Below, one piece after another: positions 39,610 through 49,415 of a stretch of 64,000 bases of DNA. The notes below the pieces were generated by a model, which had not been told where the DNA came from, did no database searches, and saw only the letters and a list, made by a program, of their open reading frames with translations. A program made the translations under genes and the position numbers. The stretch is from NCBI GenBank assembly GCA_963812605.1, contig CAWEWF010000009.1, positions 32,926 through 96,925 on the forward strand, read 5' to 3'. Source of the stretch: an uncultured Verrucomicrobiae bacterium. Its GTDB lineage: Bacteria > Verrucomicrobiota > Verrucomicrobiia > Palsa-1439. Every line of letters starts with the position of its first letter. Within the stretch, counting starts at the first letter, position 1.

Positions 39610-42041
39610 TCATTGAATCCTGCCTACGAGCGAGAAGCAGTGGCTATTAGGACAAGAGGCCTCCACTAGCGAAACCAGAGCAGTCCGCTGATGTACCATT
39701 CGAAAAATTGCCATTCGCGTCAACTGGCCCGTAGGCTGGGTCCCAACTGCAATAGCCACTGGCGCTGTAGGCGTAATTGCTTCCCTTGGTGACGATGCCA
39801 ACCGCGACTCCCTCGCCATTGCTACCCATGACGATCACGTTGGTAGCCAAACCGTCGACGGTTACGGTGTATGTGTTTGTCCCGTTATTATCATAACCTG
39901 CAATTGAATCATTGAAGTAGAGCTTCAAGGTGCCCGTGTATTGGGCCGTGAAGACCCCGCCGGTTCCCAATTGGACGCACGTGGTGCACACGTCGTCGAA
40001 GTGCAGCAGGGCCGGCGTAGGTTGATCGTCTTCTCCGCCCCCGTCGCCCACCGCGCCGTCGAAATTATCGCCCCAGCCATAATACTGGTTCGTCCCCCCG
40101 TTGACCGTTACTGCCAAGACGTGATAGCCATCGGGATGGGCACTGACCACCACCGCGTTGCTGATGCCGGCCACCAGAAGAGGCGTGCTGCTGCTGGAAC
40201 CGATCCCATTGGTACCCAATGTCCCGAGAATGTTATTACCCCACCCGTACACCTGCCCGTTGCTGGTCACCGCTAAGGTGAATTCATCTCCAGCCGCAAT
40301 GGCCACCACGTTGGAGAACGCGGGCGCGGGTACCGCGTCGGCACCGCCGCGGCCCAATTGTCCCGAGCTATTACTACCCCATGTCCACACCCTTTTATCA
40401 GCCGTTAAGGCAACGGAGTGATCGATGCCGGCGGCAATCGCAACCACATTGGAGATACCGGCGACCAGCGTGGGAAGGTTCGTGGATGCATCTCTACCCG
40501 ACACCACGTTTGTACCGAGCACACTATCCTCATTTCCGCCCCAGCCCCAGACGGAACCCGTCATATCCAAGGCCAAGCTGAACCCATCGCCGGCCGCGAT
40601 GGCAACGATGACCGTCTGTGTTGGAACGAGCGACTGCACCGGGGAGTTGGTTGACGACGCGCCACCGAGATACCCCGCGCCCAATTGTCCGTTTCCAGTT
40701 ACGTCCTGCCCGTTCACATTGCTGCCCCACGCCCAGACCGTTCCGTCAGCCCGCAGTGCCAGCGTGTGGTCAGCGCCGGCGGCCACGCTGACGACATTGC
40801 TGATGCCATTGATCGGGTAGGGGGTTAATACATTGGTGTTTCCGCCGTTGCCCAATTGCCCGCTTAAAGTACCCTCGCCCCAACTCCATACGACCCCATT
40901 CGCGGCCACGGCCAGGCTATAATCGTAGCCACCCGCCAGCGCGACCGCGTTGGTGAGCCGTGCGGAACCGCAGAGCGAATCTGTAAGTCGGTTCCGGTGC
41001 GGCTTCATCGTCGGTTCCATTGTCCCCCAATTGGTGCACGAAGTACCCTCCCCAAGCCCATAGAGTCCCGTTGGTCAATACCACCAGGCAATGGGAACCG
41101 CCTGCGGCAATCGGGCTGCCGAGAAGGCGCTCGACTTTGTAGAAGCGCTGGGTGACAACGCTGGTATTTGTCGTGGACATGTCAGTCCAGGAAGTCGCCG
41201 ACGCGCCCGGTTGGCCCCAAACATATGAGGTATAGCCTTGAGCCGCCCACGCGGTATTCGTGCTGAGGACATTGGCCGAGAGCACGATGTAGCGAAACAT
41301 GGGGCAGGATTGCCAGACGATGGTTGTGCCGTTTGTGCCGTTGGTAATGCTGGTGACATAGAACGGCTGCGTCAGGTTGGTAATCGAGCAGGGATCGCCG
41401 CCGCATAGCCGGTCGGATCTCGTCGTCCATCATCATGAACCCGCCCGTGGAGAGCCCCAATGCCGCGGAGTTGACTGCCGCAGACATTGTCGTCATAGGT
41501 CGCGCAGTCGTTGATGTCCGCCGAGCCAGATGTCGAGCACGAGCCGTTTGGGATTGAGGAACGTGTAGCCGTCCGCCAAGCAGGTCGTCATAGGATTCGG
41601 AACTGCTGGCCGGCGCGTGGATAATGGCCCAACTCCAAAGCACCCGGTCGTAGTGGTTGGAGAAGTCACCGGCCGTCACGGCGAGTTGAAAGAGATTGGT
41701 TTCAGCCGATGGATAGCTGAAAACCGTTTCGTCAGTCGTGCGGGTCAGCCGCAAACGCCAGACGCTGACCCCATATTGCGTTTCGGCCTCGAAGTTGCGC
41801 ACGTCTCCGATGGCATTGGTGAGTTGGCTGAAGTCGGCCCAGAAGATGCCGAGGGCCTGACTGGACAGGGGCTGCTCGGTGGGGCTTACAAGAGGATACC
41901 ACAAGCCGGATTGGTCGATGACTGCCGCCAATTCCTCGGCGTTCGGTAATGGTTTCATCCTGGGCAAAGACATCGCCGCGCCAGAAGATGGCGCCAAACG
42001 CAAGAACCGTAAAACACAAGAAACGGCAGAACTCGCCTCAT
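39610..42041 (-). CDS. Large secreted RCC1-repeat protein with a C-terminal LecA-like domain; several frameshifts
   Basis: Repeated VVAIAAG.DH.LAL.ADG.VW.WG.N..GQLG; assembled from ORF pieces 41732..42019, 41182..42003, 40917..41300, 39647..41020 and 39610..39819. Confidence 0.75.
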
Positions 42042-42118
42042 AAATACTTCTCTCGCACCTTCCTGCGTGCCCTCACCTTGCCTGTCAGGCGTCATTTTGG
42101 GGCCAGCGATCAGGGAAA

Positions 42119-42409
42119 ATGCAAGAAGAAAATACAAGGATTATCCCTGTGGTGCGTGATGCGCTTTCTTGGTTGTGTAGCTGGCCTGTGCAGGCCGTTC
42201 CAAAACAGTACAAGATCATCGGCGAAACGATCCGCACTTACCGAAAGAAGGCGGGCCTGACACAGGAGCGACTCTCGGAATTGGCCGACCTCCACCCAAA
42301 CCACGTTGGGGAGGTGGAACGCGGCGAAACCTTCGTTTCCCTGCTCGCGTTAATCAGAATCGCCAAAGCCCTAAAAGTTCGAGTGCGCGACCTCGTGGCC
42401 GACATCTAG
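42119..42409 (+). CDS. XRE-family HTH regulator (start possibly GTG at 42188)
   Basis: IGETIRTYRKKAGLTQERLSELADLHPNHVGEVERGE. Confidence 0.88.
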   Translation: MQEENTRIIPVVRDALSWLCSWPVQAVPKQYKIIGETIRTYRKKAGLTQERLSELADLHPNHVGEVERGETFVSLLALIRIAKALKVRVRDLVADI

Positions 42410-42660
42410 AGAAGCCGTTGAAAAAGCCCTTACGGGACTATTAACCGGGGGATACGGGCTGATGGCGCACCCACCCAAAGCAGTCGGAAACGCACAACGT
42501 GGTCGGCTGGCTTACTGGATCGTTGAGTGTTTCAACAGTTTTCAGAGACCCTCTTCAGGGTGAGTCACAGCAGACGACATCGTTAATCAAATCCTGCTGC
42601 CCGGCTTTTTCGTTGCCGCGCGCGTATCGAGGGGCTACAAGACAGGCAGCGAGGATTGTC

Positions 42661-43662
42661 ATGAGCGAACCGATTCGTGTGATTCAATATGGTCTGGGCG
42701 CCATCGGGCGGGCCACGGGGCGGCTGGCAGCGAGCCTGCCGGGGATCGAACTGGTCGGCGCGGTCGATCGCAATCCGAAGCTGGCGGGCATGGACCTGGG
42801 CGAAGTGCTCGGCCTTGACCGCAAGCTCGGGGTGGCCGTGACGGACAAGCCGGTCATTCTGTTTGCGCAAACGCAAGCCGACGCGGTGATTCATTGCACG
42901 ACATCGAGTTTTGCGGAGGCCTACGAGCAACTCACTGAAATCGTGCGCGCGGGCCTGCATTGCGTGACCTCTTGCGAGGAAGCGTTGTTCCCTTACTACC
43001 GCTATAAAGTGTTGGCGGGGAAACTGGACGATTTATGCATCCAGAGGGCCGCAGCGGTGGTTGGCACGGGGGTGAATCCCGGTTTGGTGATGGACACATT
43101 GGCACTGCTGCTGACGATGGCTTGCCAGCGCATCGAAGCGGTCCGCGTGCTGCGGGTGGTCGACGCTGGAACGCGGCGCGAGGCGCTGCAACGCAAAGTG
43201 GGTGCGGCCTTGAGTGAAGAGGAATTCAAGGCGCGCAAGGAACAACGCAAAATCGGCCACGTTGGCCTGGCGGAATCGCTGGTCTTTCTCGCGGACGGAT
43301 TGGGTTGGAAACTGGATGAACTGCAAGAGGACCTCGCGCCTGTTATTGCCAGCAAGACAGTTAAGACGGAGTTTCTCACGGTGTCCGAGGGCAGCGTCGC
43401 GGGAGTGCGACAATTTGCGCGCGGCCTGCGCGGTGGCAAGGAAGCGCTCACGTTGGAATTACAGATGTATGTGGGCGCGCCAAACCCGCGCGACGTGATC
43501 GAAATCGTCGGCGAACCGCCGTTGCGGCTGGTGATCGAGGGCGGCGTGCCCGGCGATGTGGCCACTCCGGCAATCCTCGTGAACACCCTTTCCCGCTTGG
43601 TGGAATGTCCACCCGGTCTGCACACAATGCGCACGCTCGGTCTGCCGCGGATGGCACGGTAA
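42661..43662 (+). CDS. 2,4-diaminopentanoate dehydrogenase-like / DapB_N oxidoreductase
   Basis: VIQYGLGAIG Rossmann motif, VTSCEE, GTGVNPG..MD, GGVPGDVAT. Confidence 0.8.
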   Translation: MSEPIRVIQYGLGAIGRATGRLAASLPGIELVGAVDRNPKLAGMDLGEVLGLDRKLGVAVTDKPVILFAQTQADAVIHCTTSSFAEAYEQLTEIVRAGLHCVTSCEEALFPYYRYKVLAGKLDDLCIQRAAAVVGTGVNPGLVMDTLALLLTMACQRIEAVRVLRVVDAGTRREALQRKVGAALSEEEFKARKEQRKIGHVGLAESLVFLADGLGWKLDELQEDLAPVIASKTVKTEFLTVSEGSVAGVRQFARGLRGGKEALTLELQMYVGAPNPRDVIEIVGEPPLRLVIEGGVPGDVATPAILVNTLSRLVECPPGLHTMRTLGLPRMAR

Positions 43663-43664
43663 GC

Positions 43665-44198
43665 ATGGCGAACATCGTTTACTTCGACCTGGAAACCCAG
43701 AAGAGCGCGGCGGAGGTCGGCGGCTGGGACAAAAAGCGCGACATGAAAATGTCCGTCGGCGTCACCTACAACACGGGCGACGGGCAATACCGGATTTTTT
43801 CGGAGGATCGGGTCGCTGATTTGGTGAAGCAACTCACCCGCGCGGATGTGGTCGTCGGTTTTAACATCATCAATTTCGATTACGACGTGTTGCATGGTTA
43901 TACCCCGCTCGATTTGCGCGCAATACCGACGCTCGACCTGATGGCTGATCTCGAAAAAACGCTGGGCCATCGCGTCGCTCTCGATGCGGTTGCCAAATCG
44001 ACACTCAACGCGCCGAAGATTGCCGACGGCATGCAGGCGTTGAAGTGGTGGAAAGAAGGAAAGATCCTGGAGATTGCCGAGTACTGCTGTTTCGACGTGA
44101 AGATCACCAAGGAACTCCACGAATACGGCAAGCAACACGGCGAAGTCTCGTTTGTCGACCGCGTGGGCCAGAAGCGCATCGTGAAGGTGAAGTGGTGA
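43665..44198 (+). CDS. RNase H-like (YprB/RNase_H_2) domain protein
   Basis: VYFDLETQK, VGFNIINFDY, LDAVAK.TL, EYCCFDVKIT. Confidence 0.85.
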   Translation: MANIVYFDLETQKSAAEVGGWDKKRDMKMSVGVTYNTGDGQYRIFSEDRVADLVKQLTRADVVVGFNIINFDYDVLHGYTPLDLRAIPTLDLMADLEKTLGHRVALDAVAKSTLNAPKIADGMQALKWWKEGKILEIAEYCCFDVKITKELHEYGKQHGEVSFVDRVGQKRIVKVKW

Positions 44199-44220
44199 AG
44201 GGCTGAAAAGTGGCGACTGG

Positions 44221-44514
44221 TTACAACCTGCTCTTCCAGTAACCCGGACGACGGCTGGTATGTGCCACGGCTACGATCCAGATCTTTTTCGGCAACTCCA
44301 GGTAAACCACTCCGAATGGAAAACGATGGACGAAGTAGGTGCGCGTGCCACGACCCCTGACCGGCCATCGGCGCGGGGATGCCCGGATCACATCCACTGC
44401 CGCGAGAACTTCTTGGCGAAAATCCTCGCCGAGTCCTTCGACACGCTGTTCGTAAAAATCCTGCGCCGCAAAGAACTCCGCTTGAGCTGCGGCGTGGAAG
44501 ATAAGAGGTTTCAC
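44221..44514 (-). CDS. RelE/ParE-family toxin
   Basis: FHAAAQAEF...YE...GLG..F...RFPFGVVY...IVAVAH..RRPGYW. Confidence 0.9.
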   Translation of the reverse strand: MKPLIFHAAAQAEFFAAQDFYEQRVEGLGEDFRQEVLAAVDVIRASPRRWPVRGRGTRTYFVHRFPFGVVYLELPKKIWIVAVAHTSRRPGYWKSRL

Positions 44515-44738
44515 GTGCGGCGACGCGGACGGCGTGCGAACACTTTGCGGGCTGGAATCCCTCGCGCCCGCCCTTCACGAATCTCCCGGACACGACGGGT
44601 AATCTCTGCATCCCACTGTTGTTCCGCATCGGGGTCGCTTTCTATATCAAGGCTCTGGATCAACACATGCGCCAATCGCGCCCGTTGTCCCGCCGCCATT
44701 CGCAACGCCCGCTCGGTCACGGATTCCGCAGTTTTCAT
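44511..44738 (-). CDS. Addiction-module antitoxin (TIGR02574-like)
   Basis: AL.M...RARLA..LIQSLD...WDAEITRR; overlaps the toxin start. Confidence 0.85.
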   Translation of the reverse strand: MKTAESVTERALRMAAGQRARLAHVLIQSLDIESDPDAEQQWDAEITRRVREIREGRARGIPARKVFARRPRRRT

Positions 44739-44827
44739 ATTCCTATCATAAGCGAGAACCGCGTTGCGCTCAAGCCTTGATCGACATCACGCGGATCCTT
44801 GCGAAGAGAAGCTCGTTATAGTAATTC

Positions 44828-45037
44828 ATGTCTATGAGTCCTGTTGAGAAAATCAAAGCCGAGATCGCCAAGCTCTCCCCGAAAGAGGTGATGCAACTCA
44901 CCCGATGGCTCGTCGAATACGACGCGGGACTGTGGGACAAGGAGATTGAACAGGACGCCAAGAATGGCTGCCTCGACAAGCTTGTGGAAGAGGCCAAGAC
45001 TGACTATCGCGCCGGGCATACACACCCGCTGCCGTGA
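44828..45037 (+). CDS. Small antitoxin-like protein (no toxin partner seen)
   Basis: VEKIKAEIAKLS...WDKEIEQDAKNGCLDKLVEEA..DY.AG pattern typical of TA-associated small proteins. Confidence 0.55.
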   Translation: MSMSPVEKIKAEIAKLSPKEVMQLTRWLVEYDAGLWDKEIEQDAKNGCLDKLVEEAKTDYRAGHTHPLP

Positions 45038-45123
45038 ATAGCCGCGCCAACGACGAATATCAACGTTTGCTGCGATCTTGAGTCCGACACGCGGCTTTGT
45101 CTCATTGAACAAAGCGCCCGTGC

Positions 45124-45801
45124 GTGCTGTCAAATGTGTCTGTGAAACAACAACTCCGAGCCTTCTGGCGGGAATGGGTTTTGCCGGCCTTGGTGGTGAT
45201 CGCTGTTCTCGCGCCGTTGCGGTCGGCGGTGGCGGACTGGAATGACGTGCCGACGGGGTCGATGATCCCGACCATCCTTGTGGGCGACCGTATCTTTATC
45301 AACAAGCTCGCGTACGACCTCAAGGTTCCCTTCACCACCTGGCAGGTGGCCAAGTGGGCTGATCCGCAGCGCGGCGACATCATCGTGTTTCCTTCCCCGG
45401 CGGATAACGTGCGACTGGTGAAGCGCGTGGTCGCGGTGCCGGGGGACAGCATCGAACTGCGGAACGACCACCTTGTCATCAACGGCGAGACGGCGTCCTA
45501 TGCGCTGGTTGACAACAAGGTTCCGTCAGCGTTGGACGTCAATGAAACCGTCTCGGGGAAGACGCACGCCCTGAGGATTCAGCCGCAGTTACAGGCCATG
45601 CGGTCATTTGGACCGGTGAAGGTCCCGCCCGGCAGTTACTTCGTGATGGGCGACAACCGCGACAACAGCGCTGATTCGCGCTATTTCGGGTTCGTGTCAC
45701 GTGACCGCATTCTCGGTCGCGCGACGCTGGTGGCGATGTCGTTCGACCGCGACCATTACTACGAACCACGATTCGACCGGTTCGGCCGCAGCCTACAGTG
45801 A
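45124..45801 (+). CDS. lepB: Signal peptidase I
   Basis: VPTGSMIPT (Ser), RGDIIVF, LVKRVV (Lys), YFVMGDNRDNSADSR. Confidence 0.93.
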   Translation: MLSNVSVKQQLRAFWREWVLPALVVIAVLAPLRSAVADWNDVPTGSMIPTILVGDRIFINKLAYDLKVPFTTWQVAKWADPQRGDIIVFPSPADNVRLVKRVVAVPGDSIELRNDHLVINGETASYALVDNKVPSALDVNETVSGKTHALRIQPQLQAMRSFGPVKVPPGSYFVMGDNRDNSADSRYFGFVSRDRILGRATLVAMSFDRDHYYEPRFDRFGRSLQ

Positions 45802-45874
45802 TTCGCAAGAGCGCCGTCGGGTGGAACCTCCGCAACGTTGCGATGTTTCATTGAGTGCAGTAGGATTGCCTGTA

Positions 45875-46459
45875 ATGACTCCCAGCGATTCCGACGTGGC
45901 GCTCATGTTGCGCGTCCGCGACGGGGACACGGATGCGTTTCGGGAATTGGTCGATCGGCACCAGCGGGCCGTGATCAATACCATTCATCGCGCCATCGGC
46001 GACGCCTGGGAAGCGGAAGATTTGGCGCAGCGCGTTTTTCTGCAGGTGTATCGCTCGGCAAAACGCTATCAACCGACCGCGAAATTCACCACCTGGCTTT
46101 TCACCATCACCCGCAACACGATTCTCAACGAACACCGCCGCCGCAGCCGGCACGCCGCCGAATCGCTCGAGGCGCTGCAAAACCCGGCCGACCCGGAGAG
46201 CATGGGTTGGCAGGCGCCGGATACGACCTCGCCTGATCCCGCCCAGCAAGTCATCGAGAGCGAGTTGAAGAAGAAAATCATGGAAGCCGTCCAGGAACTG
46301 CCCGAGGCCCAGCGCACGGCGGTGATCCTCTGCCGGTACGAGGGTCTTTCGTACGAGGAGATTGCGGAGGTGTTGGGTTGCACGGTTTCTGCTACGAAAT
46401 CGTTGCTTCACCGCGCGCGCCTGACATTAAAAGAAAAGCTCCGGGGCTATTACCAGTGA
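45875..46459 (+). CDS. ECF RNA polymerase sigma factor
   Basis: DVALM...GDTDAFRELV, AEDLAQ.VF, FTTWLF.I.RN, EGLSYEEIAEVLG, KSLLHRAR. Confidence 0.93.
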   Translation: MTPSDSDVALMLRVRDGDTDAFRELVDRHQRAVINTIHRAIGDAWEAEDLAQRVFLQVYRSAKRYQPTAKFTTWLFTITRNTILNEHRRRSRHAAESLEALQNPADPESMGWQAPDTTSPDPAQQVIESELKKKIMEAVQELPEAQRTAVILCRYEGLSYEEIAEVLGCTVSATKSLLHRARLTLKEKLRGYYQ

Positions 46460-46501
46460 AACCATTTACGGGGCACGGTGTTCAATGAAGAGGAAGAAAC
46501 C

Positions 46502-46939
46502 ATGAATTGCCAGGCAATCAGAGAACAGTTCGACGAGCGGTTGGATGGGCGTTTGACGGAGCCGCAGCAGGCGGCTTTCGATGCCCACATCGCGGCTTGC
46601 GCGGACTGTCGTCCCGAATGGCGGGCCTACGCGGGCGCGTGGGAGGTAATCAAACGCCAGCCGGGGATTGAGCCGTCGTTCGGGTTCGTCGAGCGCACAT
46701 TACGGCGATTGGACGAGCGGCCGGCCGTGAGTCGTTCGTGGTTCTGGCAACCCTCGGTCCGCTGGGCGACGCTCGCCGCGGCCGTCGTTGCGCTCAGTGT
46801 GGGCGGGTGGGTTGGGCGCGAACGGATGCAGGAGCGGAAGCGCGCCGAGCTTTACGCCCATGTGCAGCAAGCGGATTATCTGGAAGACTTCGATGTGATC
46901 GCCAACCTCGACCAGATCGAGGGAGGCAGTCATCTATGA
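46502..46939 (+). CDS. Zinc-binding anti-sigma factor (zf-HC2)
   Basis: MNC...HIAACADC followed by a TM segment. Confidence 0.88.
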   Translation: MNCQAIREQFDERLDGRLTEPQQAAFDAHIAACADCRPEWRAYAGAWEVIKRQPGIEPSFGFVERTLRRLDERPAVSRSWFWQPSVRWATLAAAVVALSVGGWVGRERMQERKRAELYAHVQQADYLEDFDVIANLDQIEGGSHL

Positions 46940-47460
46940 GGCGGAGCTTTCTGCTGATGATCCTGCTGATTGGCGCTGTGGTTGGAACGACACGGGCGCA
47001 AGAATCGCCGTTGTCCACGCCGGCGCCGAGCGATCAAACCAACAAGCCCCGGGCCAAGTCGCCGCTTACCGAGGAGCAGCGCGCCCAGATGGAGCAGCGT
47101 TTGAACGACGCGTGGGCCAAGATGCCGGTCGAAACGAAGTCGCGATTGATGCGTTTGCATCGGGCACTCTCTGAGATGCCGCCCGAGGAACGCAAATTTG
47201 TCCATGACCGCATCGAACGTTTCCTGAACATGTCACAGGCGGAGCGCGAGAAATTGAAACAGAACAAGCAGAAATGGGAACAGATGACTCCCGAGGAACG
47301 GCAGACGGCCCGTGAGGAATTCCGCAAGCACCGCCAGGAATTTGAACAGCAATGGAATCGCACGCATCCCGGTGACGACCCAACGCCAAACGAATCAAAA
47401 GCGCCGTCAACACCCGAGGGTAATACCGCGCCGGCCCCGGCCCCGTCGCCAGCACCGTGA
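46936..47460 (+). CDS. DUF3106-like periplasmic protein
   Basis: Signal peptide; repeated W/F..M.PEER helices. Confidence 0.75.
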   Translation: MRRSFLLMILLIGAVVGTTRAQESPLSTPAPSDQTNKPRAKSPLTEEQRAQMEQRLNDAWAKMPVETKSRLMRLHRALSEMPPEERKFVHDRIERFLNMSQAEREKLKQNKQKWEQMTPEERQTAREEFRKHRQEFEQQWNRTHPGDDPTPNESKAPSTPEGNTAPAPAPSPAP

Positions 47461-47522
47461 CACTCCCTGAATTGCCGACGAATCTTTTTAGGAAATACCA
47501 AACAAACCATAAGGAGACTGCG

Positions 47523-47996
47523 ATGAAACGCGGAATGTTAGTTATCTGTTTGATCGGCCTCATGGCCGCCGTAAGCGCGCGCGCCGCGGACGAACCCCCC
47601 GCCAACCCGACGGGGGAACACCGGTCGATGCGGAGCGGCATGAGCGAGCTGCTGCCGGCGAGCGTGCTGGGAGATCTCGCACTGACGGCCGACCAGAAAA
47701 CGAAGTACGATAGCCTCGATGCGAGCTTCAAGAAGGACCTGGCAAAATGGCGGAGCACTCATGGCCCCGGCAGCGAAAGCAGCAGCAGCGGGTCTACAAA
47801 TAATGTGTCGTCCAGCCGTAGCGGCCTGCGGCAGGCCCGCAAAGGCTACGTTGATCAGTTGCGCGCTTCCCTGACCGATGACCAGAAGGCCAAACTAGAC
47901 AAGGACCTTGAAAACCTGCGCAGCAGCCGTGGCAATCACGGTGGAGGATCCAACTCGGGCGGCAAATCGTCCACACCGCCACCCGACAACACCTAA
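47523..47996 (+). CDS. Spy/CpxP-like periplasmic protein
   Basis: Signal peptide; LALTADQK and SLTDDQKAKL (LTxxQ motifs). Confidence 0.65.
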   Translation: MKRGMLVICLIGLMAAVSARAADEPPANPTGEHRSMRSGMSELLPASVLGDLALTADQKTKYDSLDASFKKDLAKWRSTHGPGSESSSSGSTNNVSSSRSGLRQARKGYVDQLRASLTDDQKAKLDKDLENLRSSRGNHGGGSNSGGKSSTPPPDNT

Positions 47997-48041
47997 GTCC
48001 CTGTTTTTTTCACTACGCGCCGCGTGAGGCTGTGTTTTGCC

Positions 48042-49304
48042 TTACGCGGCGTTTGTTTTGCGGAACCTGGCGACGAACGCGCCGTCCATACCGTCGCGCG
48101 GCGGGAAGATGGATTGCGTCGATTCCAAAACAAATTCCGGGTGCGACCTGACGAACCGCTCGATGACGCACCGGTTTTCCTCTTCTTCGAGACTGCACGT
48201 GCTGTAAACCAGGATGCCCTGCGGCTTCGTGAACGGCGCGGCCGAAGCCAGCAGTTTCTCCTGCAGTGCCGCGAGCCGGCCGATCTCGCTTTCCTCGATG
48301 CGCCACCGCAGGTCAACGCGACGGCGAAGCACGCCTGTGTTTGAGCAGGGCGCATCCACCAACACGCGGTCGAATTGTTGGCTGCGGAGACAACGGTCCA
48401 GGTGTGTTCCCTCACAGGCCAGGGTCGCGGCGATGGTCACGCCCAGGCGACGGCAGTTCTCTCCGACGAGAGCGAGCCGTGAACTCGACGAATCAGCCGC
48501 GATGATCCGCCCGTGATTCTGCATCTTCTGGGCGAGGTACGTCGTCTTGCCGCCTGGCGCCGCACACATATCCAGCACCGACTCACCAGGCTGCGGGTCG
48601 AGGACATCCACCGCCATCAGTGTGGACGGGTCCTGCACGTAAAACTCGCCGCTCATAAACGATTTTCCCTGGAAAAGCCCCGACGTATTCACAATTCGCC
48701 AGCAGAGCGGATGTGTTGTGGGTTCTGCATCGATATCGGCGGGTTTCGAGGACGTTTTGAGCGTGTTGATCCGTATATAAATGGAAGGCGGCTGATTATT
48801 CCATTCGCAGAGGGAAGCAGCCGGTTCGCGATCCAGTCGCATCGCCCACCGTTCCCACAGCCATTGCGGGTGCGAATAATAGATCCAGGGCGCAGTCTCA
48901 CGGGTCGTGGCCAGTCTCGCCAGGAGCGCGTCGTGTTCCCGTTCGGCCCGCCGCAGGATGGCATTGACGAATTTCGTCTCGGTGACGCTGGCTTGCGTCT
49001 TGGCGAGGGCGACGGTTTCGTTGACGGCTGCGTGCGCCGGTGTTTTGAGATAGAAGAGCTGATAGAGGCCGAGCTGGAGAATAGTGGCAACGACGGGTTG
49101 CGGGGGTTTGTTGGCGAGTTGCGCGAGCAGGAATTCAAGCGCCAGCTTCCGGCGCAGGCAACCGTAAAACAGTTCAGTGACGAAGGCGCGGTCAGGGCCA
49201 CGGAGCGTGGAATCGGCCAGTGCGACTTCGAGAAGCTCGTCGGCCAGCCGGCGCGATTTTTGCCAGTCGTTGAGCAAGTCCAGCGCGAGTTCCCGGGCGT
49301 TCAC
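48042..49304 (-). CDS. rsmB: 16S rRNA m5C967 methyltransferase
   Basis: NusB-like N-terminus, YVQD, VLDMCAAPGGKT, LVDAPCS.TG, LVYSTCS...EEN. Confidence 0.92.
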   Translation of the reverse strand: MNARELALDLLNDWQKSRRLADELLEVALADSTLRGPDRAFVTELFYGCLRRKLALEFLLAQLANKPPQPVVATILQLGLYQLFYLKTPAHAAVNETVALAKTQASVTETKFVNAILRRAEREHDALLARLATTRETAPWIYYSHPQWLWERWAMRLDREPAASLCEWNNQPPSIYIRINTLKTSSKPADIDAEPTTHPLCWRIVNTSGLFQGKSFMSGEFYVQDPSTLMAVDVLDPQPGESVLDMCAAPGGKTTYLAQKMQNHGRIIAADSSSSRLALVGENCRRLGVTIAATLACEGTHLDRCLRSQQFDRVLVDAPCSNTGVLRRRVDLRWRIEESEIGRLAALQEKLLASAAPFTKPQGILVYSTCSLEEEENRCVIERFVRSHPEFVLESTQSIFPPRDGMDGAFVARFRKTNAA

Positions 49305-49415
49305 GGGTCGAGGCTAGCCCCGAAGATAATTCGAGGCCAGCAGAAACGCGGCTGGCGAATTCACAACAAGTTCGCTAGGATGCAGGGGAGGCGCAAATGC
49401 CGCACTTCGGTTTTT

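Noticed and set aside
48513-49415. 800-aa ORF suggesting an N-terminally extended Der
   Set aside because: The extension is the antisense shadow of rsmB; Der starts at ATG 49416.
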